Positions 38,204 to 46,989 of a stretch of DNA of 58,435 bases are shown piece by piece (within the stretch, counting starts at the first letter, position 1; every line of letters starts with the position of its first letter). Source of the DNA: Abditibacteriaceae bacterium. GTDB lineage: Bacteria > Armatimonadota > Abditibacteriia > Abditibacteriales > Abditibacteriaceae. The notes below the pieces were generated by a model. It saw only the letters and a program-made list of their open reading frames with translations. It did no database searches and had not been told where the DNA came from. The DNA is taken from contig JANPJS010000114.1 in NCBI GenBank assembly GCA_031425655.1, positions 1 through 58,435 on the forward strand, in the 5' to 3' direction. The translations under genes were made by a program, and so were the position numbers.

Positions 38204-38947
38204 TCACGCTTCCCAAACCTCCCAACCGCGTTCGCCTTTGATGCGCGGCGTGCCGGTGTCATCCCAGCGAATAATGCGGCCTTCGCGCAGAATTAAAGCG
38301 GCGCGGGTGCGGGCGACTTTTTCGTCGGTCGTGGTGTCGTTCAGCCCCCACGAAGTGTAAATCTGGCCGTTGACGCGGCTAATGGTGCGCTTGTCGCGGA
38401 AGCCCATTTTCGCGGCGATTTGCTCGTTGGTCATGCCGCGCGCCAGCATTTGCGCCACAGCTTGCTCGTTGGGTTCGAGCAATGCCATCGGCGACTGCTC
38501 GTCTTTTCGCCGCACTTCCTGCACGCGCGATTCGATGTCCGGGTCAATAAAAGAGCGCCCGCCGTGCGCGTCTTTTAAGAGCGGCACGATCATTTGCGGC
38601 AATAAATAATTCGATTTGCGAACGTAAGCGTAATGGCTGAGAATGCCGCTGCGCCGAAAATCACGATAAAACGCATCATCGTCCTGAATCGAATAAAACA
38701 CGACCGGCAGGCGCGGAAATTCGCGGCGCAAAGCCACAGCCGCTTCGATGCCGTTCATCGTCCCGGCAAGCTGCACGTCCATTAAAACCGCGTCGGGCCG
38801 CACGGCGCTTTCGCCCAAGCAAAACTCCATCGCTTTCTCGCCGCTGTCGCACGAAAAAAGCAACTTCACTTCATTTGTCGCTTCCAACCCGGCCATCAGC
38901 GCCGGACGCAGTTTTTCGTTGTCTTCGACGAGCAGAATTTGCAGCAT
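38204..38947 (-). CDS. Response regulator (REC + LuxR-like HTH)
   Basis: ILLVEDN, VLMDVQL, NGIEA, YVRK; LARGMTNEQIA. Confidence 0.9.
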   Translation of the reverse strand: MLQILLVEDNEKLRPALMAGLEATNEVKLLFSCDSGEKAMEFCLGESAVRPDAVLMDVQLAGTMNGIEAAVALRREFPRLPVVFYSIQDDDAFYRDFRRSGILSHYAYVRKSNYLLPQMIVPLLKDAHGGRSFIDPDIESRVQEVRRKDEQSPMALLEPNEQAVAQMLARGMTNEQIAAKMGFRDKRTISRVNGQIYTSWGLNDTTTDEKVARTRAALILREGRIIRWDDTGTPRIKGERGWEVWEA

Positions 38948-38977
38948 GAAACTCCTTCGGCTGTTGATGGCACATAT

Positions 38978-39109
38978 TTTCAATGGAACACGGGCCTTCG
39001 GCATCCTGCCCCGAGGGCGCCCGAAACGCACGGATTTTCACAGATCAATCCAAAAATCCGTGTGAATCTGTGTTGTTTCCGTGTGCCGAAGGCCCGTGTT
39101 CCATTGAAA
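38978..39109. repeat. TTTCAATGGAACACGG-family palindrome (copy 3) with the 20-bp module in one arm
   Basis: Arms match except TCCTGCCCCGAGGGCGCCCG at 39004-39023. Confidence 0.85.
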
Positions 39110-39234
39110 TTCTCTTCTTCCAGAATTTTTCGCTATTTCTCGTTTTCTCACAAGCACTCAGGTGCGAAACAAAGCGGTTTTGAGTCGCGGGAGGCGACGG
39201 CGCGCAGGGGCAAAATACCAGTCAAGGAGACCTC

Positions 39235-39966
39235 ATGAACTGGCTAAATTACTTTGAACGCAACGCCGCACGACGCAAACCGATTCCGTGGCACCTGGAA
39301 TTCGCCGTTGAACCGCACCTGCGCGATCCCTTGATTCACACGCTGCAACGCTTTCAAATCGGCGAAAGCGGCGAAGGCAAATTTCTCAAGAAATGGGCCG
39401 CTCAAAGCGGCGACGCCGACTTCGTGGCGACTATTGATTTGTTCGTTCAGGAAGAACAGGAGCATTCGCGGATAATGGCTTGCCTGCTTGAACGATTGGA
39501 TGCTCCGCTGCTGCAAAGTCATTGGAGCGACAACCTGTTTGTTTTCGTGCGGCACGTCGGCGGCTTGAAGTTTGAAATTATGATGTTTCTCGTCGCCGAG
39601 ATCATTGCCAAACGCTTTTTTCGCGCCTTATACGATGGCACAGATGAGCCTATTTTGCGCGCCGTCTTCGGGCAAATCGTGCGCGAAGAACGGGCGCACG
39701 TCGCTTTCAATTGTTACGCCCTGCGCTGTTTTTCCGACTTGCTTTCTCCGCTGGAAAAGTGGGCAACGAAGCTTCTCTGGCGCGCTTTATTTCGCCTGAC
39801 CTGCCTGATTGTGATGTTCGACCACCGCACGATTTTGCGCGCTGTCGGTGTTGGCTCTGGCCAATTCTGGCACGAGTGTAGCGAAATTTTCGAGCGCGAT
39901 TTAGCACGCGCTTTTCCAACGACGCCGGAGCAAAAAACCGTCGTCGCAGCTCCATCCCCAAATTGA
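39235..39966 (+). CDS. Ferritin-like (di-iron) domain protein
   Basis: FQIGESGEG, EEQEHSR, AEIIA, EERAHVAF (two ExxH motifs). Confidence 0.82.
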   Translation: MNWLNYFERNAARRKPIPWHLEFAVEPHLRDPLIHTLQRFQIGESGEGKFLKKWAAQSGDADFVATIDLFVQEEQEHSRIMACLLERLDAPLLQSHWSDNLFVFVRHVGGLKFEIMMFLVAEIIAKRFFRALYDGTDEPILRAVFGQIVREERAHVAFNCYALRCFSDLLSPLEKWATKLLWRALFRLTCLIVMFDHRTILRAVGVGSGQFWHECSEIFERDLARAFPTTPEQKTVVAAPSPN

Positions 39967-39976
39967 AGGAAAAACC

Positions 39977-40744
39977 ATGAAAAACGGAATGATGCAGTTA
40001 GACCGCCTTTTGCGCGGCGATGCGACACGCATTGAAGCCTTGAAACGCGGCACGTTGGAAGTAGACGCCGCCGGAGTGGCGAGCGTGGTTTTGATTTTGG
40101 GCTTGTTTTATGGCCTGTGCATGGGCAGTTTCGGCTTGTTCCAGCGTGGCGCCAGTGCGCTTCCGCAGCTCATCGCCACAACCGGCAAAGTGCCGCTGCT
40201 GTTTTTGCTGACTTTAATCGTCACGTTTCCATCGCTTTACGTTTTCAACGCGCTTATCGGCTCGCGGCTCACACTCGGCTCGACACTGCGCCTGATTATC
40301 GCGGCGATGGCGATTATGCTGGCGGTTTTGGCCTCGCTCGGCACTATCGTGGCGTTCTTTTCGGTCAGCACGACGGATTATTCGTTCATTTTGCTGCTCA
40401 ACGTCGTGGTTTTCACGGTTTCCGGCTCGTTGGGCATGAAGTTTCTGCTGCAAACGCTGCATCGCTTAACACTGGCACAAAACGAGACGGATTCTTTGGA
40501 AACAGCCGACGCGATGGAGCCGGGCGGCGCGTTAGATGAAACCGAAAATCAAGCGATTAGCGCCAATGTCACGAAAGTTTTTCGCATCTGGATCGTGGTT
40601 TTCGGGCTTGTCGGCGCGCAGATGGGCTGGGTTTTGCGGCCCTTTATCGGCTCGCCGCACGTTGAGTTCACCATGTTTCGCGGACGAGAATCGAACTTCT
40701 TTGAGGCCGTCGCGCACGCCTTAGGGCATTTGCTGCGCCTTTGA
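39977..40744 (+). CDS. Yip1-like five-TM membrane protein (paralog A)
   Basis: KVPLLFLLTL..TFPSLYVFN, QMGWVLRPFIGSP. Confidence 0.78.
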   Translation: MKNGMMQLDRLLRGDATRIEALKRGTLEVDAAGVASVVLILGLFYGLCMGSFGLFQRGASALPQLIATTGKVPLLFLLTLIVTFPSLYVFNALIGSRLTLGSTLRLIIAAMAIMLAVLASLGTIVAFFSVSTTDYSFILLLNVVVFTVSGSLGMKFLLQTLHRLTLAQNETDSLETADAMEPGGALDETENQAISANVTKVFRIWIVVFGLVGAQMGWVLRPFIGSPHVEFTMFRGRESNFFEAVAHALGHLLRL

Positions 40745-40757
40745 GCATTTAACCTCG

Positions 40758-40866
40758 AATTGAACACGGGTTTCGCGGAAACGACACGGTTTTCCACGGT
40801 TATTTCCAAAAATCCGTGTTAATTCGTGTTAATCCGCGGTTATTTCCATAAATCCGTGTTCTATTA
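40758..40866. repeat. Degenerate GAACACGG-family palindrome
   Basis: TGAACACGGGTTTCGCGGAAACGACACGG...ATCCGTGTTAATTCGTGTTAATCCGCGG...ATCCGTGTTC. Confidence 0.7.
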
Positions 40867-40901
40867 ACAGCCTTGCACAGAAAGATGAAGAATTTAAAAC
40901 C

Positions 40902-41564
40902 ATGAGCGCACTGCTGGCCGGATTCGACTCGACGCTGCGTGCCGTTTTGCGCGGCGAAGCTTTGCCCGAAAGCCTTGTCGCGCGCTGCGTGCTGCTGTCC
41001 GGCGCGTTTTACGGCGCGCTGATGGGCACGTTTGGCGGCTTCGACGGGCACCTTAGCGGCTGGCAAATGCTCTTTTCCGCCCTCAAAGTGCCGGCCTTGC
41101 TGCTGGTGACTTTCACGCTGTGTTTGCCGGGATTTTTCGTTATCAATGCGCTCGTCGGCGTGGCCGAGGACTTCACACAAGCGCGGCGCGCTTTAATGTT
41201 GGCGCAGGCCGCGCTGTCGTTAGTTTTAGCTTCGCTGGCGCCATTCACGTTGTTGTTCTACGCCTCGTCACGCTTGTATCCAGCGGCAATTTTATGCAAC
41301 GCACTGATGTTCGCCATCGCCGCGTTGAGCGCGCAAATGCTGCTGCGCCGTCTTTATGCGCCGCTCATCGCCCGCGATTTGCGCCATGCTGCCCTGCTCC
41401 GCTTGTGGCTGGCAATGTTCGCTTTTACGGCAGTGCAACTCGCCTACGTTTTGCGCCCCTTCGTCGGCGACCCGTCGCAACCGGCGGCGCTGTTTCGCAG
41501 CGGCGCGTGGGACAACGCTTACGTCGTTTTGGCGAAAATGGCGTGGAAAGTCATCGGCGGCTAA
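40902..41564 (+). CDS. Yip1-like five-TM membrane protein (paralog B)
   Basis: KVPALLLVTFTLCLPGFFVIN, QLAYVLRPFVGDP. Confidence 0.78.
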   Translation: MSALLAGFDSTLRAVLRGEALPESLVARCVLLSGAFYGALMGTFGGFDGHLSGWQMLFSALKVPALLLVTFTLCLPGFFVINALVGVAEDFTQARRALMLAQAALSLVLASLAPFTLLFYASSRLYPAAILCNALMFAIAALSAQMLLRRLYAPLIARDLRHAALLRLWLAMFAFTAVQLAYVLRPFVGDPSQPAALFRSGAWDNAYVVLAKMAWKVIGG

Positions 41565-41568
41565 ACGC

Positions 41569-41603
41569 AAAAAGGGCGGGACAAAATTGTCCCGCCCTTT
41601 TTT
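41569..41603. terminator. Bidirectional terminator
   Basis: AAAAAGGGCGGGACAA-AA-TTGTCCCGCCCTTTTTT between convergent genes. Confidence 0.85.
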
Positions 41604-41616
41604 ACTCGACGTTCGT

Positions 41617-42999
41617 TTAATCGCGGCGCGAACGCGAAAGCAGTAGAATCGCGCCGACAATCGCGGCGCCTTTGATGGCGCGGCGGGCGCCGGGATGAAA
41701 TTCGATCCAGTTGCCAATGCTTTTGCCTTTGGCCGAAGCGCCAAAATCGCCGCCGACGCGACCGCGCTCGTTTTGCGATTCATACATATTGTCGGGCGCG
41801 CCTTCGGGTTTGGGCTGGTTGGTTTTTTGGCTTTGTCCCATGCGCGACATCACGGCATCGGCCAACACCGGCGACAAACGCTTTCCCATCATAAGGAGCT
41901 GCGCGCCGCCGCCTGCCGAAATTTCGCGCGTCGGATGCTCGGCGGCGTGCAAAATCACTTCGGCGACAACGCTCGCTTGATAAATCGGCGGCACAGGCTG
42001 CGGTTTGACGCCCAACTTAGTGCGCGCGTGGTCGAAAAGCGGCGTATTGATGCCCGCCGGTTTCACGTCGGCGACATAAATCGGCACGCCTTCTTCCTGC
42101 AATTCCATGCGCAGCGCATCGAGAAAACCGGCCATGCCATGCTTCGAGCAGGCGTAGGCGCTTTGCAGCGGCAACGAAACCTGCGATTCGACTGAGGAAA
42201 CGTGAATCAAAGTGCCGCGCCCTTCGCGGCGAATGTGCGGCAGCGCCGCCAAAGCGCCGTGAATCTGGCCCAATAAATTCACTTCGAGAACACGCCGAAA
42301 TTCTTCGGGCGTGGTCTCCTCGAATTTGGCGTAAATCGAAATCGCCGCCGTGTGAACCCAGGTGTCAAGTCTTCCGAAACGCGCGACTGCTTGCGCCGCG
42401 ACTTTTTCGACTTGCTCAAACTCAGCGGCATCGGCGACGACGGCTAAGGCCTCGCCGCCCGATTGCTCAATATCTTCGACAAGAGAATCGAGTCCGGCTT
42501 GGCCACGCGCCGCAACCACGACTTTGGCGCCGCGCTTGCCGAATTGCAATGCGGTTTCGCGCCCGATGCCGCTGGACGCGCCGAAAATCACCACAACTTG
42601 CTCGCTAATCGGCTTCAAGGTCGTGACGGGCTTTTGGTGCGTGCCATCGCTGTTTACAGCGTCGTTGCGCTGCGTCGCTTCCTGTATCCGTTCGTTGACT
42701 TTTTGGATGACCGGCGCGGCGGCTTCGCGGGCTTTTTCCTGCCAATCGTGCGCTTTTTCTTGAAGATCATGCGCTTTTTCGCTGACCGTATGCGCGATGT
42801 CGCGCGCTTTGCCGATTGTGGCCTCGCGCACCGATTCGATCACGTTTTCCTTGATCTTTTCGGGGTTGAGCTTGTCTTGAATCGCGTCAATAGTCTCGCT
42901 CAGTGAATCGCGCGATTGCTCGATGCCGTCGCGCAATTCTTCGACGCTTTGCGACTCGGTATTTTGCGCAGACTGGTTCAAATCTGTTCTTTCGCCCAT
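41617..42999 (-). CDS. SDR oxidoreductase with N-terminal DUF3618-like coiled region
   Basis: IEQSRDSLSETIDAIQDKLNP; GASSGIG; YACSK; C-terminal TM. Confidence 0.88.
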   Translation of the reverse strand: MGERTDLNQSAQNTESQSVEELRDGIEQSRDSLSETIDAIQDKLNPEKIKENVIESVREATIGKARDIAHTVSEKAHDLQEKAHDWQEKAREAAAPVIQKVNERIQEATQRNDAVNSDGTHQKPVTTLKPISEQVVVIFGASSGIGRETALQFGKRGAKVVVAARGQAGLDSLVEDIEQSGGEALAVVADAAEFEQVEKVAAQAVARFGRLDTWVHTAAISIYAKFEETTPEEFRRVLEVNLLGQIHGALAALPHIRREGRGTLIHVSSVESQVSLPLQSAYACSKHGMAGFLDALRMELQEEGVPIYVADVKPAGINTPLFDHARTKLGVKPQPVPPIYQASVVAEVILHAAEHPTREISAGGGAQLLMMGKRLSPVLADAVMSRMGQSQKTNQPKPEGAPDNMYESQNERGRVGGDFGASAKGKSIGNWIEFHPGARRAIKGAAIVGAILLLSRSRRD

Positions 43000-43367
43000 T
43001 GCACGTCCTCCTGAAGTGTCCGCACTGTTTCCGTCGGCGCAAGACTGGCCTTTTTGAGCGCTTTAATTCCGATCATGGCCAAAACGCCGGCAATGACGAG
43101 CAACGCAAGCGCGACAATTAAAGCCGCCTGCCACATTCCGACAAGCGGCACCAGAGCCAAAATCGCCGTCGCCAAGAGCGCCTGCATTGCGAAGATGAGC
43201 AAAACGGCGGCGACGACCAACATCGCGGCGTTTTTCACCAGACGCGCCACGTTTTGCGACATCTCGGTCTTGGCGAGTTGCACTTCTTTACGCACCAGAT
43301 TGCTGGTTTCGCGCGACAGGTCGGCGAAAAGCTCGCCTAGTGATTTGTCTTTGGCTGCGTTTTGCAT
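42978..43367 (-). CDS. Phage holin 3_6 (YqjE-like) family membrane protein
   Basis: SLGELFADLSRETSNLVRKEVQLAKTEM, two TM, PTETVRTLQEDV. Confidence 0.88.
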   Translation of the reverse strand: MQNAAKDKSLGELFADLSRETSNLVRKEVQLAKTEMSQNVARLVKNAAMLVVAAVLLIFAMQALLATAILALVPLVGMWQAALIVALALLVIAGVLAMIGIKALKKASLAPTETVRTLQEDVQWAKEQI

Positions 43368-43384
43368 AATGTCTCCGCGCGGCG

Positions 43385-43558
43385 TTACCCGCCCCAGGCC
43401 TGGCGAATCGCCACATCTTCCTCGTCTTCCTCGTCTTCTTCTTCCTCTTCGATTTCTTCGTCCAGCTCGTCGTCTTCCAATTCGCTGGTTTTTCCGATGT
43501 CATCGCGGGCGTCGTCTTCGACGGGCGAACCACTCTGATATTCGTCTTTGGGTTTCAT
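43385..43558 (-). CDS. Small, very acidic protein (57 aa)
   Basis: GGGAGG RBS; ELEDDELDEEIEEEEEDEEDEED. Confidence 0.55.
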   Translation of the reverse strand: MKPKDEYQSGSPVEDDARDDIGKTSELEDDELDEEIEEEEEDEEDEEDVAIRQAWGG

Positions 43559-43703
43559 TTTGCCTCCCAATGTTGCGTTAATAGCCGCTGTTGGCACAGC
43601 GCCACGCGTGCTGCAAAGCAAAATCGAAGCCGCCGATTCGGATTTTTCGCCTTGGTTCAGTCCTTGAGAAGCGTTCGGTTCGCATCAAAACAATGCTCAA
43701 GCA

Positions 43704-43741
43704 AGCAAAAGGGCGCGGCCAAATGGCCGCGCCCTTTTGCT
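43704..43741 (-). terminator. Intrinsic terminator of ABC operon
   Basis: AGCAAAAGGGCGCGGCC-AAAT-GGCCGCGCCCTTTTGCT. Confidence 0.85.
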
Positions 43742-43751
43742 TTCGCAATCA

Positions 43752-44732
43752 CTATTTCACTTCGTAGATAAATCCGGCGAGTTCGGCTTTCTTTTTCAAG
43801 GCGCCGGTCTGAAGAGCGATGTCGGCGAAGCGCTGCAAACCTTTGGCGTCCGGGTCGAGCGTGAACTTGATGGTTGCAAAAGCGGCTTTGGCGACCGCCG
43901 GTTCGATTTTCTTGCCCGATACTTTTTGCCACGCCGCTAAAACAGCGGCGTCGCCTTTAATGCGGTTGGCATTCAGGTCGTCGGTGATCTTTTTGTTGGC
44001 CGTGAGGAACTGCTTAATCAAATCGGGATGCTCGTCGGCGAATTTTTTGGTGGTATAAAACGAGCCTGCGGAATAGGTGCCGTTATCGAGAATCTTCTTC
44101 CAATCAAGCAAGGGCACGCCGCCATCCGCTGCGATCACACTCGGCCAGGGAGCGGGCGCTGCCACAGCCGCGACTTCGCCGCCTTTGAGCGCCGCTGCTT
44201 GCTCGCCGGGCGAGATTTCGATAATGCGAACGTCGGTGTCTGGCCGTAGCCCCACTTGAATCAGGTTGTAGCGCACCATCGAATCAACCGTCGAACCGGG
44301 CTGATTGACGCCGACAACCTTGCCTTTCAAATCTTTGACACTTTTAATCGGGCCACCTTTAGCCACGAGCAGTTCTGTTCCACCCGTCGCCGCGCCGCAG
44401 AGCAGCACGATGTCGCCGCTCTTTGCGAAAGCTTTGATGGCTGGAAACGGCCCACTGCATCCAATATCAATGACACCAGAGCGCAACGCTTCAACCACGC
44501 CCGAACCGGCGTTGAAGAGCTTGCCGTCGAAAGTCACATCAGGAAGTTGCTTTTTGTATTCGCCATTGCTTAAGCCTACGAGCGGCTGCGGCAAAACAAT
44601 CGTCGGCGTGTAGCCAATGGTGAGTTTGGGCGCGGCGACTACTGGCGCGTTGTCTTCGGCCTTTGGCCCGCCGCAGCCCGCGAAAAGCGCACCAGCGGTC
44701 ACAACAGTTAGCAGAAAATGTGTTGCTTTCAT
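43752..44732 (-). CDS. ABC substrate-binding lipoprotein, SsuA/TauA/NitT family
   Basis: FAG-C lipobox; FNAG..VVEAL..G.IDI...GPFPAI; VKDLKGK. Confidence 0.88.
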   Translation of the reverse strand: MKATHFLLTVVTAGALFAGCGGPKAEDNAPVVAAPKLTIGYTPTIVLPQPLVGLSNGEYKKQLPDVTFDGKLFNAGSGVVEALRSGVIDIGCSGPFPAIKAFAKSGDIVLLCGAATGGTELLVAKGGPIKSVKDLKGKVVGVNQPGSTVDSMVRYNLIQVGLRPDTDVRIIEISPGEQAAALKGGEVAAVAAPAPWPSVIAADGGVPLLDWKKILDNGTYSAGSFYTTKKFADEHPDLIKQFLTANKKITDDLNANRIKGDAAVLAAWQKVSGKKIEPAVAKAAFATIKFTLDPDAKGLQRFADIALQTGALKKKAELAGFIYEVK

Positions 44733-44746
44733 GTTTTATCCAATCG

Positions 44747-45703
44747 TTAACGCACTCCGGTCAGGCCCCACAAATGTTGCAAGCGCTTTTGAACAGGGGC
44801 AAAAAACGCTTCCTGCACCAGCAAACCCATCACAATAATCACGATAATCGTCGCCATAACGCCGTCGGCGTCGCCAAATTCACGGTCGTGCTGCAAAAGA
44901 AATCCCAGTCCGCCGCTGTTGACGATAAGCTCGGCGGCCATCAACGAGCGCCACGCGAAGCTCCAACCGACTTTCAAGCCCGAAACGATGCCCGGAAGCG
45001 CCGCCGGCAGCAAAACGGCGAAATACAAGCGCGGCCCGCGTGCGCCAAGCGTGCGTCCGGCGCGCGAAAACAATGGCGGCACGTTGCGAATGCCGTCCGC
45101 GACCGTGACAATCGTAGCGAACAGCGAACCCATCACGGTTACGAACAAAATCGGCGCGGTCACATGAACGCGCCCAAACCACAGCAGCGCAAGGGGAATC
45201 CAACAAATCGAAGGCAGCGATTGAAGCGAAATCGCCAGCCAACCTAACGTTTTTTCGACCAATGCCGAGCGCGCCACTAATAATCCGATGGGAAAACCGA
45301 TGGCCGTCGCAATGGCGTAGCCTTGTATCAAGCGCACAAGACTGGCGCCGATGTTCTTCGGATAATCCGCTTGTTTCAGCGCTTCGACGAACGATTGCGG
45401 CATTTCGCTGCCGGACGGCGGCTGATAACCGCCGGACAGATACGAAAGTCCAAAGCCGTTCCAAATCCACTGCCCGACTTGAACCGGCGATGGAAACAAA
45501 GCGCCGCGCGAAACATCGCCGGTGCGCGTCACCAACATATAGTGCGCGAGTTGCCACATCAAAAGCAGTAGCGCTATGAAAGCCGAGCGCAATGCCACAT
45601 CTGTCCACCACGAGCGCGTCCCCAGAAAAGAAAGCACGCTGCGGGGTTTTTCAGAACCAGTGGTTTTCAAGTCTACGCGCGAGTTATTCTTGACACTCGC
45701 CAT
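44747..45703 (-). CDS. ABC permease, SsuC/TauC family
   Basis: FPSP, SLVR, LQSLPSICWIP, RAGRTLGA, WSFAWRSLMAAEL. Confidence 0.92.
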   Translation of the reverse strand: MASVKNNSRVDLKTTGSEKPRSVLSFLGTRSWWTDVALRSAFIALLLLMWQLAHYMLVTRTGDVSRGALFPSPVQVGQWIWNGFGLSYLSGGYQPPSGSEMPQSFVEALKQADYPKNIGASLVRLIQGYAIATAIGFPIGLLVARSALVEKTLGWLAISLQSLPSICWIPLALLWFGRVHVTAPILFVTVMGSLFATIVTVADGIRNVPPLFSRAGRTLGARGPRLYFAVLLPAALPGIVSGLKVGWSFAWRSLMAAELIVNSGGLGFLLQHDREFGDADGVMATIIVIIVMGLLVQEAFFAPVQKRLQHLWGLTGVR

Positions 45704-46506
45704 CAGGCGCGACCTCCGGCTGTAGGCGTTTGGTCATATTCGGCGACTTCGACTTTTGCTACTTCATCGCGCAACTCCGCCGCGATGCGCGCGACGGTTT
45801 CGGCCACGATGGGTTCAGTCGTGCGGCGTGGATAATCCAAGTCCGACAGGTCGAATTCGCGTTTAATGCGTCCAGGCCGCGCCGTGAACACGATGACGCG
45901 CGTCGCTAATGTCACGGCTTCGCGCACGTTATGCGTCACGAAGACGATAGTTTTTCGCGTTTCGCGCCACACGTTGCCCACTTCGATGTGCAAGTGATCG
46001 CGCGTTTGAGCGTCCAACGCCGCAAAAGGCTCATCCATCAGCAGCACTTTCGGGTTGACGGCAAGCGAGCGCGCCAATGCCACGCGCTGCTTCATGCCGC
46101 CCGATAATTCATGCGGCTGCGCGTCGGCGAATTGCGAAAGATGCACCATTTTCAAAAAGCGCTCACCTGTGCTTTGTCGCTCGTCTTTCGCCATTTTCAA
46201 GCTCTTCAAACCGAATTCGACGTTGGCGCGGGCGTTCATCCACGGAAAAAGCGCCGGTTCCTGAAACATCATCACGCGCTCAATGGACGGCCCGCGCACC
46301 GCTGCGTCATTCATCAAAATCTGTCCGTCCGTCGGCGATTCAAAGCCCGCCAGCATATTGCACAGCGTGGACTTTCCGCAGCCCGACGGCCCCACAAAGC
46401 ACACGAATTCGCCTTCCTCAATCGCCAAACTGACGTGATCGAGCGCAAGCGTCGTCCCGGCGCGGCCCCGGAATACTTTGCTGACTTCTCGGCACTCGAT
46501 AAACAT
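45703..46506 (-). CDS. ABC ATP-binding protein, SsuB/TauB family
   Basis: GPSGCGKST, LSGGMKQR, LLMDEPFAALD, VTHN. Confidence 0.94.
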   Translation of the reverse strand: MFIECREVSKVFRGRAGTTLALDHVSLAIEEGEFVCFVGPSGCGKSTLCNMLAGFESPTDGQILMNDAAVRGPSIERVMMFQEPALFPWMNARANVEFGLKSLKMAKDERQSTGERFLKMVHLSQFADAQPHELSGGMKQRVALARSLAVNPKVLLMDEPFAALDAQTRDHLHIEVGNVWRETRKTIVFVTHNVREAVTLATRVIVFTARPGRIKREFDLSDLDYPRRTTEPIVAETVARIAAELRDEVAKVEVAEYDQTPTAGGRA

Positions 46507-46509
46507 AAT

Positions 46510-46722
46510 TCAGCCCCAGACCGTGGGCATTCCGTCGTGGCCAAACGGCGCCGAAAAGCCGGTCATGACGCGCAGCCACTGACCCGCCGCCAAACGGCGC
46601 GGCTCGGCGTTCTGAGACGCTTCTGCCTGCACGCCCGACGTGAGCGCGATTTCAACTTCGTCGTGATTTTCCGGCTTGTGACGCGCATTTTGCGCGTCAT
46701 CGTTTTCCAAATGTGGGAGCAT
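46510..46722 (-). CDS. Small hypothetical protein (70 aa)
   Basis: GAGG RBS before ATG 46722; ends 3 nt before the ATPase start. Confidence 0.45.
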   Translation of the reverse strand: MLPHLENDDAQNARHKPENHDEVEIALTSGVQAEASQNAEPRRLAAGQWLRVMTGFSAPFGHDGMPTVWG

Positions 46723-46773
46723 AAGAACCTCAGTGTCGGTGTCAAAAAGTCGCAAAAGTGCCAAAAACCGGCG

Positions 46774-46854
46774 TTACGCATAACACGGCGGGCACATTCG
46801 ACAGCGACCGAGAGCCTGACATCGAGGCGCGTCTGAAAAAGAGAAAAACGCCAT
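46774..46854 (-). promoter_or_regulatory. Cys-rich leader ORF (26 aa), candidate cysteine-sensing attenuator
   Basis: ATG...TAA encoding MAFFSFSDAPRCQALGRCRMCPPCYA upstream of the sulfonate-type ABC operon. Confidence 0.6.
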
Positions 46855-46884
46855 TGAGGCGGATTGAAAAACGCTCATTATCTT

Positions 46885-46907
46885 AAGCCTACCTCACGGG
46901 TAGGCTT
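46885..46907. promoter_or_regulatory. Candidate operator palindrome
   Basis: AAGCCTACC-N5-GGTAGGCTT adjacent to minus-strand GATAAT. Confidence 0.5.
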
Positions 46908-46989
46908 TCCACCAAATTTTAGTTTCTTCGCGCACTTTTGTCAATGCATCGCGCCGAAAGACGAGCCTTCCCTGCTAAAATGCTTGTTT

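Noticed and set aside
42978..43367. Prophage suggested by the holin-family gene
   Set aside because: This family is commonly chromosomal, and no phage structural, lysis or integrase genes are nearby
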